The notes: generated from the sequence alone by a model not told the origin. Shown: positions 8,208 through 18,349, numbered from the stretch's first letter. The stretch is DNA of 37,904 nt from Candidatus Dormiibacterota bacterium (GCA_036569925.1 DATCPU010000127.1:1-37904); one strand, 5' to 3'. Made by a program: numbers and translations.

Positions 8208-8993
8208 CTACAGCCCGCGCGCGATTCGTTCGACCAGCGCGCGCTGCTCCGGATCGAACCCCGGCCCTTCGCCCGCTTCTGCGTTCTCTCTCGCGTGGCT
8301 CTGGAGGTGGGTCGCGGTCAGGACGCAGCTGACGCGTGGATCGCCGGCGATCCATTTCAGGACGGCTTGCGGCCACGTCCTCACGCCGAGCGCGCGGAGG
8401 TCCTCCGGTTTGGGTCTGGCATGCATGATCCCGCCCTGGAGCGGGCTCATGACCAGGACGCCTAGCCCAAGCTCTTTCGCCAGCGGCAACACCGCTTTCG
8501 CCGCTTGCTGCGCGAGGGGGTTGTAAGGGATCTGGATCATCCCGATGCGCCCGGTGCGCATCAGCTCCATGAGCTCCGGAAAGGCGGAGGCCTGATAGTG
8601 GGTCGCGCCGACCACGGATACCTGTCCGCTGTCGCGCAGGCCTTCGAGCAGCTTGAGCTGGGCTTTCCAGTTGACAAGGTTATGGACCTGGTAGATGTCG
8701 ACGCGGCCATAGAGTCGAAGCGCGTTCTCCGCTTGGCGCCGGCCCTCTTCCGGTGACTCGGTCCAGACCTTGGTCGCCACCTGGACCTGCTCTCGGCTTC
8801 CACGCAGCGCTGCGGACAGCACGCCTTCTGCACGGCCGTACATCGGGGAGCTGTCGAACAGGGTGATGCCGGCCGAGATCGCCGTTTCAGCGAGCAGGGC
8901 GCGATCCTCCGTGGTGTCGAATGTCCGCCAGGTGCCCATTCCGATCGCCGGGACGGTAAGGCCGCTTCGGCCCAATGGGCGCTGTTCCATCAC
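8208..8993 (-). CDS. aldo/keto reductase
   Basis: 261-aa ORF. N-terminus MEQRPLGRSGLTVPAIGMGTWRTFD and overall AKR pattern. Convergent with the SDR gene, 3-nt gap. Confidence 0.9.
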   Translation of the reverse strand: MMEQRPLGRSGLTVPAIGMGTWRTFDTTEDRALLAETAISAGITLFDSSPMYGRAEGVLSAALRGSREQVQVATKVWTESPEEGRRQAENALRLYGRVDIYQVHNLVNWKAQLKLLEGLRDSGQVSVVGATHYQASAFPELMELMRTGRIGMIQIPYNPLAQQAAKAVLPLAKELGLGVLVMSPLQGGIMHARPKPEDLRALGVRTWPQAVLKWIAGDPRVSCVLTATHLQSHARENAEAGEGPGFDPEQRALVERIARGL

Positions 8994-9030
8994 TGACTAT
9001 CGATCTTAAAGAGGTCCACACCCCCACCGG

Positions 9031-11067
9031 ATGCATGGGCCCGCGCGCCCTAGCGTCCCATGGCGACGTGGAGCCCCGCGACGTGTAGACCTAGACCATG
9101 GGGTTAGTGACGACAGTCAGCAGGCCTATGGGTCGGACTTCCTGAGCCATCCCGTCCTGGCTGTCAAGGCCGCGAAGGTCGTTCAGCGAGCGCGCCCCGC
9201 GAAGGCGACGGACGCCCAGGCGCTGCAGCTGGCCGCGCTGCTGGTGGAGTCCTCCGATGACGCAATCATCGGCATGACCCCGAACAGCGTGATCACCACA
9301 TGGAATCGCTCTGCCCAACGCCTCTACGGCTACACCGCCGGCGAGGTAATCGGAAAAAAGGGTTCGTTCCTCTTGCCACAGGATCGTCTCTCGGAGCTCG
9401 ACCAAGTCCAGACCCGCGCGGCAACGACCGCCCGGGCTCAGGAATTTGAAACCAAACGCGTCCACAAGGACGGCCACTTGATCGATGTGGCGATCGCGGT
9501 CTCGCCCATCCACGACAAGGCTGGCCTGACCATTGGCATTTCGTCAAGATCAAAGGACATCGGCGAGCGCAAGCGCACCGATGCTCTAGTGGCGGAGATG
9601 GCAGCCATCGTGGACTCGTCCAACGACGCGATCATCGGCAGGACTCTGGAGGATGTCATCACCACCTGGAATCGAGGGGCCGAGCAGGTTTACGGCTACA
9701 CCGCGGCGGAGATGATCGGCAGGAGCATCGCTGTACTCGTGCCAGGAGGGAGCTCCGACGAGATTCGCGAAAACATCGCGAGCATGCTGGCGGGCAACGT
9801 TCGCAGCGACCATTTTGAAACGAAAGGCCTAACCAAAGACGGCCGGGTGATCGATGTGTCAGTGACCTTGTCGCCAATCCGCAACTCCGATGGGATCGTC
9901 ATCGGCGCGTCGTCGGTGGCGCGCGACATCACCGAGCACAACTTGATGGCGGAGGCTCTTAAAGCTTCGGAGCTTCGGAGCATGATGGCTGTCAGCAATG
10001 CCAAGGACGAGATGGTGTCGCTCGTCAGCCACGAGCTGCGCACTCCGCTTGCGAGCCTCTTGGGCTTCACGGAGCTGCTCTACTCCCGCGACTTGAATGC
10101 TCGTCAGCGAAAGCAGTATCTCGGCGTCATGTTGCGTGAGGGCCGCCGCCTGACCGACCTCATCAACGACGTTCTGCACATCCAGCGGCTGGAAGCCGGC
10201 CACCAGGACCTGAACCTCGCACCGGCAGACCTGCAAGCGCTGATTCAGCGGGCGGTGGTTGCGGCGGGCGAGGACTTGCAAAGGCCGATCAGCGTGAGGC
10301 GGACATCAAAGCTGCCCCTGGTCATGATCGATACGGACGCCATCCTCCAGGTGCTCACCAATTTCCTGTCCAATGCGCGCAAATACTCGCCGGATGGAGG
10401 TGTGGTTCTCGTCACGACCAGGCTGGTGGAAGGTATGGTCGAGATCAGCGTTCACGACCACGGGCTTGGCCTTCCGGCGGACGCTCTGCCCAAGCTTTTC
10501 GGGACTTTTTACAGAGTCGACTCTGGCGATCGACGCCTCATCAAGGGCACGGGGCTTGGCCTGTCGATAAACCGCAGGATCGTGGAGGCCCACGGTGGCA
10601 AGGTTGAGGCGCATTCGGACGGGCCTGGCAAGGGTTCGATATTCAAGTTCAGCCTTCCGCCGGTCAACAAGAATCCTGAGGAGGCCGACGTCCTGATCGT
10701 CGAAGACAATTCCGGGTTTGCACGCCTGCTCCAGGAGCAGTTCGTGGCACGCGGCATGACTGCCGTGCGCGCGCCAGACGCCGAGACTGCCGAGCGGTTG
10801 TTGCAGGAGGGCATGAAGCCGCGTTCGGTCATCTCCGACCTGGTTTTGCCGGGCGAGCAGGGTGAGGATTTTGTGACCAGGCTGGGTTCCGATCCGGCAA
10901 CCGCCGTCCCCGTTGTGGTGCTGACCGTCAAGAGCCTTGCTCCCTCTGAGATCTCGGCCCTCGAGAAGGCCGGGGTGACCGCCGTGCTCCCGAAGGAGGC
11001 AGGCGCGAGCCAGGCGGCAGTAAGCCTCATTACAGAATCCCTCGTTGCGAAGGTGACCAAGCCTTGA
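9031..11067 (+). CDS. hybrid sensor histidine kinase (two PAS domains, HisKA, HATPase_c, C-terminal receiver)
   Basis: 678-aa ORF. It has two PAS-like repeats (DDAIIGMTPNSVITTWNRSAQRLYGYTAGEVIG and NDAIIGRTLEDVITTWNRGAEQVYGYTAAEMIG) and H-box SHELRTPL. ATP-binding G-boxes are DHGLGL and GTGLGLS. REC signature is DVLIVEDN...ISDLVLPG...VLTV...LPKE. The N-terminal ~70 aa are low complexity, so the start is uncertain. Confidence 0.85.
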   Translation: MHGPARPSVPWRRGAPRRVDLDHGVSDDSQQAYGSDFLSHPVLAVKAAKVVQRARPAKATDAQALQLAALLVESSDDAIIGMTPNSVITTWNRSAQRLYGYTAGEVIGKKGSFLLPQDRLSELDQVQTRAATTARAQEFETKRVHKDGHLIDVAIAVSPIHDKAGLTIGISSRSKDIGERKRTDALVAEMAAIVDSSNDAIIGRTLEDVITTWNRGAEQVYGYTAAEMIGRSIAVLVPGGSSDEIRENIASMLAGNVRSDHFETKGLTKDGRVIDVSVTLSPIRNSDGIVIGASSVARDITEHNLMAEALKASELRSMMAVSNAKDEMVSLVSHELRTPLASLLGFTELLYSRDLNARQRKQYLGVMLREGRRLTDLINDVLHIQRLEAGHQDLNLAPADLQALIQRAVVAAGEDLQRPISVRRTSKLPLVMIDTDAILQVLTNFLSNARKYSPDGGVVLVTTRLVEGMVEISVHDHGLGLPADALPKLFGTFYRVDSGDRRLIKGTGLGLSINRRIVEAHGGKVEAHSDGPGKGSIFKFSLPPVNKNPEEADVLIVEDNSGFARLLQEQFVARGMTAVRAPDAETAERLLQEGMKPRSVISDLVLPGEQGEDFVTRLGSDPATAVPVVVLTVKSLAPSEISALEKAGVTAVLPKEAGASQAAVSLITESLVAKVTKP

Positions 11068-11507
11068 CCTTTCGGACAGCACCGCCCGCAGCCATCAACG
11101 CCACTGTTCTCATCGCTGACGACGAGCCAAACATGAGGTTGCTGGTACGAGCCACCATCGAGTCCGACCAGTACCAGCTGCTGGAGGCCTGCGATGGCGA
11201 CGAAGCCTGGGCCATGATCAAGGAACACAAACCATCGGTGGTCCTGCTCGACGTTCAGATGCCTGGACGCTCAGGCCTCGAGGTGCTGGCGATGATCAGG
11301 AGTGAGCCCAGTCTTGCGGCAACACGCGTGATCATGGTTACCGCCAAGGCTCTCAAAGCCGACATGGAGGTAGGCATGACCGCGGGCGCCAACCTATACA
11401 TGACCAAGCCGTTCTCGCCGCTGGACCTACTCACCCGCGTGGACGAAGAGCTTGGCCGATGGCGATCCGCCCTGCCCCCTGGCTCGCTCGTCATTCCGGC
11501 GGCGTGA
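11064..11507 (+). CDS. single-domain (CheY-like) response regulator
   Basis: 147-aa ORF with VLIADDEPN...VVLLDVQMPG...VTAK...MTKPF receiver motifs. TTG start overlaps the kinase stop (TTGA). Confidence 0.85.
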   Translation: MTFRTAPPAAINATVLIADDEPNMRLLVRATIESDQYQLLEACDGDEAWAMIKEHKPSVVLLDVQMPGRSGLEVLAMIRSEPSLAATRVIMVTAKALKADMEVGMTAGANLYMTKPFSPLDLLTRVDEELGRWRSALPPGSLVIPAA

Positions 11508-11510
11508 CCG

Positions 11511-11972
11511 CTAGAGAGGCTTCTCGAAGCAGACGCTTGTCGGCACGCCGACGTACTCGTCGAAACAGTCGATGGCTTTGAAGCCGGCCCCGCGGTAGAG
11601 GCCGATCGCTTCCTCCTGGTAGATTCCCGTTTCCAAAACCAGTCGCTCCGCTCCCATCGACCGCGCTGCAGCTTCGAGATGGTCGAGAATCTCACGTGCC
11701 ACGCCTTGGCCGCGCATCTCCGGCTCGACGTACATGCGCTTGACCTCAACGGTGCTCGCGTCCCGCCTCCGTAGAGCTCCGCATCCGACAGCCTGTCCGT
11801 CCGCCCGCGCGATGACGAAGGTGCCGACCCCGGGCGCGACATGCTCCGCCTTCAGGTGGGGTCCAAACCTCTGCTCAGGCGCATAGCGGCTCGCCAGATG
11901 AGAATCGAGCGCGGCGATCAGCCGGCGCGCATCGAGTGAATCGAATGGCTCGGCGGCAATCGCGACCTTCAT
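11511..11972 (-). CDS. GNAT family N-acetyltransferase
   Basis: Listed ORF trimmed to ATG 11972 (MKVAIAAEPF...), 153 aa. Acetyl-CoA motif RGQGVAREIL is present. Confidence 0.8.
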   Translation of the reverse strand: MKVAIAAEPFDSLDARRLIAALDSHLASRYAPEQRFGPHLKAEHVAPGVGTFVIARADGQAVGCGALRRRDASTVEVKRMYVEPEMRGQGVAREILDHLEAAARSMGAERLVLETGIYQEEAIGLYRGAGFKAIDCFDEYVGVPTSVCFEKPL

Positions 11973-11993
11973 CTGGTTCCTTAGAGTACTGAC

Positions 11994-13418
11994 GTGGCGA
12001 GTCACGGAGTGATCGTGGCGGTAAGAGAGGCGATCGCTTCGCGCAGTGTGTCCGCCGAGGAGGTGGTTCGGCACGCCTTCGAGCGCATCGAGCGCCACGA
12101 CGGGGAGATCAACGCCGTCATTGCGTTACGCGCCGACGAAGCCATTGCCGAAGCCAGAGCCCTCGATCGGGCCGGCGGCGACGGCAGGCCTTTGGCCGGC
12201 GTGCCCGTCCTCGTGAAGGACCTGGAGGACGTCGTGGGCATGAGGACCACACAGGGTTCGCTGCTGTTCGCAGACGCGCCGCCTGCCCAGGCTGATGGCC
12301 TGGTGCCGGCACGACTGCGTGCCGCAGGAGGCATCGTGGTGGGCAAGACGAACCTGCCGGAGTTCGCCTCCGAGGGCTATACCTCCAACCTGCTCTTCGG
12401 CACCACGCGCAACCCATGGGCGCTGGCCTGGTCGCCTGGCGGCTCGAGCGGCGGTTCGGCCGCGGCCATGGCCGCCGGCATGGCGCCAATCGCGACCGCC
12501 ACCGACGGTGGAGGATCGATACGCATCCCGGCTGCGTTCTGCGGCCTGGTCGGGATCAAGCCCACCAATGGTGTGATCGGCCGGCGCCCGATCCCTGACT
12601 GGATCGACTTTTCGACCGACGGGCCTTTCGCCACCACTGTCGCCGACCTGCGATTGCTCCTGTCGATCGAAAGTGGACCTGTAGCGGGCGATCCCACCGC
12701 GCTGCCCAGGCCATATCCCACTGCCGGCGAGCGGCCTTCAAAGCTATATGCCTCGCCCCGTCTCAGCGGAATGGAGGCATTGCCGGATGCGGTCACCGAA
12801 CTCTTCGAGGCGGCGGTGGAAGCGGCGGGCAAAGTCCTTGGGATGCGCGTCGAACGGCTCGAGCCACAGGCCCTGTGGCCTGACGGCGGGCCAGAGGACG
12901 AGTGGGTGACGCTGGCTGCTGCAGAGCACGTTCACCGGTTGGGCCGCGAATTCGTCAAGGCCGGCCTGGACAGGATGCATCCATCGGCCCGCAGCTTCAT
13001 GGAATATGGCCTCGGGCTTTCGATCGACGACTACATGGCGGCGCGCCGGCGTCGCTTTGATTTCGTGAGGCAGTTCGATGAGCTGCTCGGCGCCGATGCC
13101 GTCATCCTCTCGCCGACGGTCGTGGCGACGGGGTTCCTGGCCGACGGCCGCCTGACGCTGGAGGAGGACCCGGGCATGCTCCCGACTGGGGTCTACAACA
13201 CCGAGGTGGCGAACATCACAGGCCTGCCGGCAACCTCCTTGCCGGCAGGGATATGCGCCAACGGCGTCCCGTTTGGACTGCAGGTCATGGCCCCCCGGTA
13301 TCGCGACGGGTTGCTTCTCGATATTGCCGAGGCTTGGGAGATGGAGCGGCCATGGCCCCTTGTGGCGCCAGGCTACGACTCGTTTGAAGTGGCGCTTGGT
13401 CTCGGCGCCGCGAGATGA
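11994..13418 (+). CDS. amidase (amidase-signature family)
   Basis: 474-aa ORF with GGSSGGSAAAMAAGMAPIATATDGGGSIRIPAAFCGLVGIKPT signature. Alternative start GTG 12015 has GGAG 5 nt upstream. Confidence 0.9.
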   Translation: MASHGVIVAVREAIASRSVSAEEVVRHAFERIERHDGEINAVIALRADEAIAEARALDRAGGDGRPLAGVPVLVKDLEDVVGMRTTQGSLLFADAPPAQADGLVPARLRAAGGIVVGKTNLPEFASEGYTSNLLFGTTRNPWALAWSPGGSSGGSAAAMAAGMAPIATATDGGGSIRIPAAFCGLVGIKPTNGVIGRRPIPDWIDFSTDGPFATTVADLRLLLSIESGPVAGDPTALPRPYPTAGERPSKLYASPRLSGMEALPDAVTELFEAAVEAAGKVLGMRVERLEPQALWPDGGPEDEWVTLAAAEHVHRLGREFVKAGLDRMHPSARSFMEYGLGLSIDDYMAARRRRFDFVRQFDELLGADAVILSPTVVATGFLADGRLTLEEDPGMLPTGVYNTEVANITGLPATSLPAGICANGVPFGLQVMAPRYRDGLLLDIAEAWEMERPWPLVAPGYDSFEVALGLGAAR

Positions 13419-14698
13419 CAGCGGACTTACAAGAGAAAACCTTCGTCTTCTTTCCCGAGGGCGCGTTCGGCCCAACCAACAACTGCGTCGGCATCGGCGA
13501 TGTCCTGAGGCGCCGCGGCCACAGGGTCGTCTTCGTGATCGAAGAGTCCTTCAAAGGCACGCTCGAAGCCAAGGGATTCGAGGAGCGCTTGATGCGCCTG
13601 GGCCCTGCCCCTGAGGAGGTTGAGGTGCCCGGCCAGTTCTGGAAGGATTTCATTCGCGATACCGCGCCGGTATTTCGCCGCTCGACCATCGAGCAGCTCG
13701 AGGGTTTCATCGCCCCCACATGGCAGGCGCTCGTCGACGGTGCCCAATACGTAGACGCGCGACTCGCTGAGATTTTTGACGAGCTGATGCCCGACGTCAT
13801 CATCGAGGACAACGTGGTCGGCTTTGCGGCGATCGCCGCGAGCGGCCGCCCCTGGGTGCGCATCGCTTCCTGCAACCCGCTCGAGCTCAAGGACCCGGAC
13901 TTGCCGCCCGTGTTCTCCGGCTACGGCATCGACGACAGGTCTGGCTGGAACGAATTTCACGAGGAGTACAGGCGCCAGGTTGGTCAGATGCAGGAGGGCT
14001 TCTCGGAGTTCTGCGCCGAGCATGGCGCGCCCGCGCTGCCTTCGCTCGAGTTCATCGACGAATCGCCATGGCTGAATCTGTATCTCTATCCGGCGGAGCT
14101 CGACTACCCGCGAAGCAAAAGGCTTCCGGCGACGTGGCACAACCTGGAAACGAGCGTGCGCTCGACGGACGCGTCCTGGCAACCGCCCAGCGGCGAGTCC
14201 GGTCCGCTCATCTACGTCAGCCTCGGCTCTCTCGGCTCGGCTGACGTGGCTTTGATGCAGCGGCTTGTCGATGTCCTGTCGCGGACGCCATACCGCTACG
14301 TGGTGAGCAAAGGCCCGCAGCACGAGGCGTATGAGCTCCCAGGCAACATGATCGGCGAGGAGTTTCTACCCCAGACGTCGATACTGCCGCACGTCGATCT
14401 CGTCATCACGCACGGCGGCAACAACACGACCACGGAATGCATGTACTTCGGCAAGCCGATGATCGTGCTGCCCATCTTCTGGGACCAGCATGACAACGCC
14501 CAGCGGGTTCAGGAGACAGCTCACGGCGTGCACGTGCCGACCTACTCGTTCGAGGAGCACGACCTCGTGGCGGCGATTGACGCCATCCTCAGCGACGAAT
14601 CACTGAGCCGGCGGATGCGAGCAGTGTCCTCACGACTGCAGGCGCGACCTGGCACTCGCCGGGCGGCCGACTTGATCGAAGGGGTCGCCGAGGCGTGA
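13415..14698 (+). CDS. GT1-family UDP-glycosyltransferase (MGT/UGT-like, GT-B fold)
   Basis: 427-aa ORF. C-terminal nucleotide-sugar motif HGGNNTTTECMYFGKPMIVLPIFWDQHDNA. ATG overlaps the amidase stop (ATGA). Confidence 0.85.
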   Translation: MTADLQEKTFVFFPEGAFGPTNNCVGIGDVLRRRGHRVVFVIEESFKGTLEAKGFEERLMRLGPAPEEVEVPGQFWKDFIRDTAPVFRRSTIEQLEGFIAPTWQALVDGAQYVDARLAEIFDELMPDVIIEDNVVGFAAIAASGRPWVRIASCNPLELKDPDLPPVFSGYGIDDRSGWNEFHEEYRRQVGQMQEGFSEFCAEHGAPALPSLEFIDESPWLNLYLYPAELDYPRSKRLPATWHNLETSVRSTDASWQPPSGESGPLIYVSLGSLGSADVALMQRLVDVLSRTPYRYVVSKGPQHEAYELPGNMIGEEFLPQTSILPHVDLVITHGGNNTTTECMYFGKPMIVLPIFWDQHDNAQRVQETAHGVHVPTYSFEEHDLVAAIDAILSDESLSRRMRAVSSRLQARPGTRRAADLIEGVAEA

Positions 14699-14705
14699 GC
14701 CTCGT

Positions 14706-15902
14706 CTAGGCCTGCTGCGGCCGGTCGGCGGCCGCGGGCGCGGCATTCTTCGATGCGCGCTTGGGGGCTGGAACCGGGCGGCGAATCGGGTCCGCCGAGC
14801 GCATGAGAAAGACAAACAGCAAGAGGAACCCGAGGACGATGGCCGCGTAGGGCCACGCAGCGTTCGCGAATGCCAACCAGCCCGTCAAGGGCACGGGCAT
14901 AGGGAAGCCAGCGAGGCTGGCTCGTGCCGGCTCGATGTTCGGCGTGTAGACAACCTTGTTTGTCTCGTCGTAAGCGGCCGAGTTTCCGCTGATGTTGGTC
15001 ACCGCCGATGAGATGTACGCGATCGGATTGCCACCAAAGATGCCGACTGAGCCCGGGGTCTGAGCGTGTGGCAGCGTGGCGATGAAGAAGCGGTCGACCT
15101 TCGCGTCATAGCTGACGATGTCGGCGTTCCCAAGCTGAAAGGTTCCGATGATCTTCCCGGCGCCCAGGTCGAATGCAAGCGTGTACTTGTGGCAAGCCAT
15201 CAGGGCTTTGTTGGTCGTGGGGTTTATCGCCAGGCCGAGAGGCTTGCAGCCACCAAGTACGTACTTGTCTGTGAGCGTGCCTGTGCTCGGATCGATTCGA
15301 TAGAGGGTGTCCGCATCAGGGCTCGTCACGTACACCATCCCATCCGCCGGGTCAAACCTTGGCTGCTCAAGCTGGACTGAGCCCAGGGCGAAGCGGGTCA
15401 TGATCAGACCTGTCGTTGGGTCGATGGAGATGATATTTCCCGCGCTGGCCGCGTAGATGCGCTGCCTGGCCGCCCCATAGTCCAGTAGGTCGACGCCGTT
15501 GACGCCGGTCTTGACATCGGCGATCACGGCTCCATAGGTCGTGGAGGTGGTGCGGATGTCGACGATCACTACAGATCCGTTGGCCGTGCCCACGAACAGG
15601 CGACCGAGATCAGGCGCGAGGGCCAGCCCATTGGGGTTGCCGGGCATCCCGATCGTCTTGACGTACTTGGCCGTCCGGCCCGAGACGTCGAACACGTCGA
15701 CCCCCTGGTCGGTGCGGTCCGCGGCGTACAGGAGGTGGGCGGCCTGGTCGATCTCGATCACGTCCATCGAGGCGCCTTTGGCGGCCGCGCCTGGGATGGC
15801 GGTATGCGTGATGGTGACGGCGGAATCGCCGCAGGCCGAGATCAAAGCCGCGGCAGCAGCCAGCAACACCAGGGCAGCCGAAGCGATCGGCCTGGACTTC
15901 AT
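14706..15902 (-). CDS. beta-propeller (YncE/YVTN-like repeat) lipoprotein with C-terminal transmembrane helix
   Basis: 398-aa ORF with signal peptide and lipobox LISAC. Repetitive beta-strand-rich body with recurring DxxxxRLYVA/YVT-like segments. C-terminal hydrophobic helix AIVLGFLLLFVFL followed by a basic tail. Confidence 0.7.
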   Translation of the reverse strand: MKSRPIASAALVLLAAAAALISACGDSAVTITHTAIPGAAAKGASMDVIEIDQAAHLLYAADRTDQGVDVFDVSGRTAKYVKTIGMPGNPNGLALAPDLGRLFVGTANGSVVIVDIRTTSTTYGAVIADVKTGVNGVDLLDYGAARQRIYAASAGNIISIDPTTGLIMTRFALGSVQLEQPRFDPADGMVYVTSPDADTLYRIDPSTGTLTDKYVLGGCKPLGLAINPTTNKALMACHKYTLAFDLGAGKIIGTFQLGNADIVSYDAKVDRFFIATLPHAQTPGSVGIFGGNPIAYISSAVTNISGNSAAYDETNKVVYTPNIEPARASLAGFPMPVPLTGWLAFANAAWPYAAIVLGFLLLFVFLMRSADPIRRPVPAPKRASKNAAPAAADRPQQA

Positions 15903-16018
15903 TCTTAGCGAGATCTCCCAGTCGAGGTAACGCCCAGCCGGCGCTGCCTATTCGGGGCCGTGCATGTTTTCGCACGCCGCAAAAGAGACACCTGCGACCC
16001 ATTAGACTGCCAGCGGCC

Positions 16019-16948
16019 ATGACGCACCCCCCAGGCGAGCGTTCGATCGGGGGCAGCCCTTTTCGGACCGGCTGGTTCGAGGTCGCCAAGATGGAGGCCG
16101 GCGTGTACCTGGTCTCCGAGCCGGGTCACGTGAACTCATGGCTCATCGAGGGGACAAAAAGCGCCGTGCTCTTCGACACGGGCCTCGGCGTGGCCGACAT
16201 CCGCAAGGTCGCCGAGGAGATCACCCCCCACAAGCTCCTGGCCGTCAACTCGCACTATCACTTCGACCACACCGGAGGCAATCGATTCTTCGATGACTTC
16301 GCGATCCATACGATCGGCGGCGACCTGGTATCGAAACCCTCTCCGCCTGAGCTGGCCCAGGGCTACATGGACTACACGAAACGGCTCCTCGAGGCATGGG
16401 GTCCGTACCGGGAGGCGGACGACCTGTACTTCCACCTGCTCACTGCCGAGCGGATGATCAGAAATCTTCCCAACGGCTTCGATCCGGATCGATACGAGGT
16501 GGTCCCATCAATCCCGACGCGCCTGCTCGACGATGGTGACGTTCTCGACCTTGGAGGCCGCAAGCTCCACGTGCTGCACACGCCGGGCCACTCGCCTGAC
16601 TGCATCTGTTTGTTCGACGAGACCAACGGGCTGCTCTTCGGCGGCGACACCATCAACACGGGTCCGATCTACGCCCAGATGGAGGATTCGGATCTCGAGA
16701 AGTTCGCGCTGTCCACTGCCCGCCTGGCGCAGATGGCGGACGGCTACCGCCGCGTCTTCGTCTGCCACTTCCTCCGGTTCGACGAACCATCGATGCTGGT
16801 CAAGGAGATTGCCGCTGGTTTTGAGAGCCTGCTCGCCGGCGAGGCGTTCATCCGCGACAACGTCGACTGTTTCAACCAGCCTGTGAAGGAGGCGTGCTTC
16901 GAGCACTTCTCGGTTTTCATCCCTGCAGGACAACCAACCCGGCTGTAG
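16019..16948 (+). CDS. MBL-fold metallo-hydrolase
   Basis: 309-aa ORF with the HYHFDHTGG (HxHxDH) motif and a downstream HTPGHSPD. Confidence 0.85.
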   Translation: MTHPPGERSIGGSPFRTGWFEVAKMEAGVYLVSEPGHVNSWLIEGTKSAVLFDTGLGVADIRKVAEEITPHKLLAVNSHYHFDHTGGNRFFDDFAIHTIGGDLVSKPSPPELAQGYMDYTKRLLEAWGPYREADDLYFHLLTAERMIRNLPNGFDPDRYEVVPSIPTRLLDDGDVLDLGGRKLHVLHTPGHSPDCICLFDETNGLLFGGDTINTGPIYAQMEDSDLEKFALSTARLAQMADGYRRVFVCHFLRFDEPSMLVKEIAAGFESLLAGEAFIRDNVDCFNQPVKEACFEHFSVFIPAGQPTRL

Positions 16949-16960
16949 CGCGCCGACCTA

Positions 16961-18349
16961 CTACGCGGTCGTTTTGAGCTCGTCCTCGACCCGCGCAATA
17001 GCGTTACCCAGAACCGTCACCATCCTGTCGATCTGCTCATTGGTGATGACCAACGGCGGCGACATCGCGAGGACATCGCCGCCCAACGGCCTGACGATCA
17101 CGCCCTCGTCGAGCGCCGCCAGCCAGACCTTTCGAGCGGCGCCGGCGGAAGGCTCGAAAAGCTCCTTGGTGGCGCGGTCGCGCACCAGCTCGATGCCTGC
17201 GACGAGCCCCAGGCCGCGCACGTCACCCACCATCTCGTGCGACCTGAGCTGCTGGAGGCGCTCCAACAGGTACGCGCCCCTCTCGGACGCCCTTTCGACC
17301 AGGTGCTCGTCCTCCAGAATCTGCAGATTTCGCAGGCCGACGGCGCATGCAGTGGGATGCCCGCTGTACGTGAACCCGTGTTGGAACGGGCCTTTTACGG
17401 TTTTGAGCGTCTCATGGACCGATCGGGTCAGCATCACCCCCGACAGCGGCAGGTATCCACTGGTCACTCCTTTGGCGAAGACCATGAGGTCCGCCTGGAC
17501 GTTCCAGTGCTCCATCGCGAACCAGCGACCCGTCCTGCCGAAGCCGGTGATGACCTCGTCCGCGATCAACAGTAATCCGTACTTGTTGCACACCTGGCGC
17601 AGCAAGGGGAAATAATCCGGTGGCGGCACGATCACGCCTCCCGCGCCCTGTACGGGCTCCGCGACGACCGCAGCCACAGTGTCGGGGCCGGCCTTCAGCA
17701 CGACCTCTTCCAGCGCCTTGACATACGCGGCCCCGGCCGCCCCCTCGCCTGAATATCGATAAGGGTCCGGCGCGGGTGCGTGCAGGAAGCCCGGGGCGAG
17801 GGGCTCGAACCCCTTCCAGAAGTTGGCGAGGCCCGTGGCGCTGGTGGCGCCGTAAGTCAAGCCGTGGTAGTCGCGAAGCCTCGAGATGATGTTCACGCGT
17901 CCGGGCTCGCCTCGAAGCTTCCAGTAGAGTCGCGCGACCTTATATGCGGTGTCGTTGGCCTCGGCTCCTCCTGACGCGAAGTACGTCACCTCGAGGTCGC
18001 CTGGCGCCAGCTCCGCCAGCTTGGCCGCGAGCTCGATGGCGGGCTTCGTGCTGAATCCTCCGTAAGCGGAGCTGAACGCCAGCGTCTTCATCTGGGACGC
18101 TGCGGCCTCGGCCAGCTCAGCCCGCCCGTAGCCCACGTTCACGTTCCAGAGCGAGGCCATGCCGTCGACGTACTCGCGGCCTTCGACGTCGGTGAGCGTG
18201 GCGCCGCTCCCGCTCGCGAACATCAGCTGCGGGATCGTGCCAGGTGCTGCGTCCAGGTCCCCCTGTGGATGCAGCCAGTGGGTGCGGTCCAGCTCGTAGA
18301 GCCGGCTCGCTTCCTCCGCCGAGACTTCGAAATGTTTCTTTTGGACCAC
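16961..18349 (-). CDS. class-III (omega) aminotransferase, aspartate aminotransferase family
   Basis: Listed 518-aa ORF trimmed to GTG 18349 (VQKKHFEVSAEEASRLYELDRTHWLHPQ...). Motifs: SGGAEANDTA, LLIADEVITGFGRTG, FAKGVTSGYLP (PLP lysine region). The start is uncertain; the upstream extension is R/A/G-rich and overlaps the divergent gene. Confidence 0.85.
   Translation of the reverse strand: MVQKKHFEVSAEEASRLYELDRTHWLHPQGDLDAAPGTIPQLMFASGSGATLTDVEGREYVDGMASLWNVNVGYGRAELAEAAASQMKTLAFSSAYGGFSTKPAIELAAKLAELAPGDLEVTYFASGGAEANDTAYKVARLYWKLRGEPGRVNIISRLRDYHGLTYGATSATGLANFWKGFEPLAPGFLHAPAPDPYRYSGEGAAGAAYVKALEEVVLKAGPDTVAAVVAEPVQGAGGVIVPPPDYFPLLRQVCNKYGLLLIADEVITGFGRTGRWFAMEHWNVQADLMVFAKGVTSGYLPLSGVMLTRSVHETLKTVKGPFQHGFTYSGHPTACAVGLRNLQILEDEHLVERASERGAYLLERLQQLRSHEMVGDVRGLGLVAGIELVRDRATKELFEPSAGAARKVWLAALDEGVIVRPLGGDVLAMSPPLVITNEQIDRMVTVLGNAIARVEDELKTTA

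Noticed and set aside
14706-14894. VPLTG followed by a hydrophobic helix and a basic tail in the beta-propeller protein, resembling a sortase sorting signal
   Set aside because: The first position is V rather than L. The tail after the helix is ~30 residues rather than a short basic stub. The protein already has a lipobox, and no sortase gene is in the window. It is treated as a plain C-terminal TM anchor.
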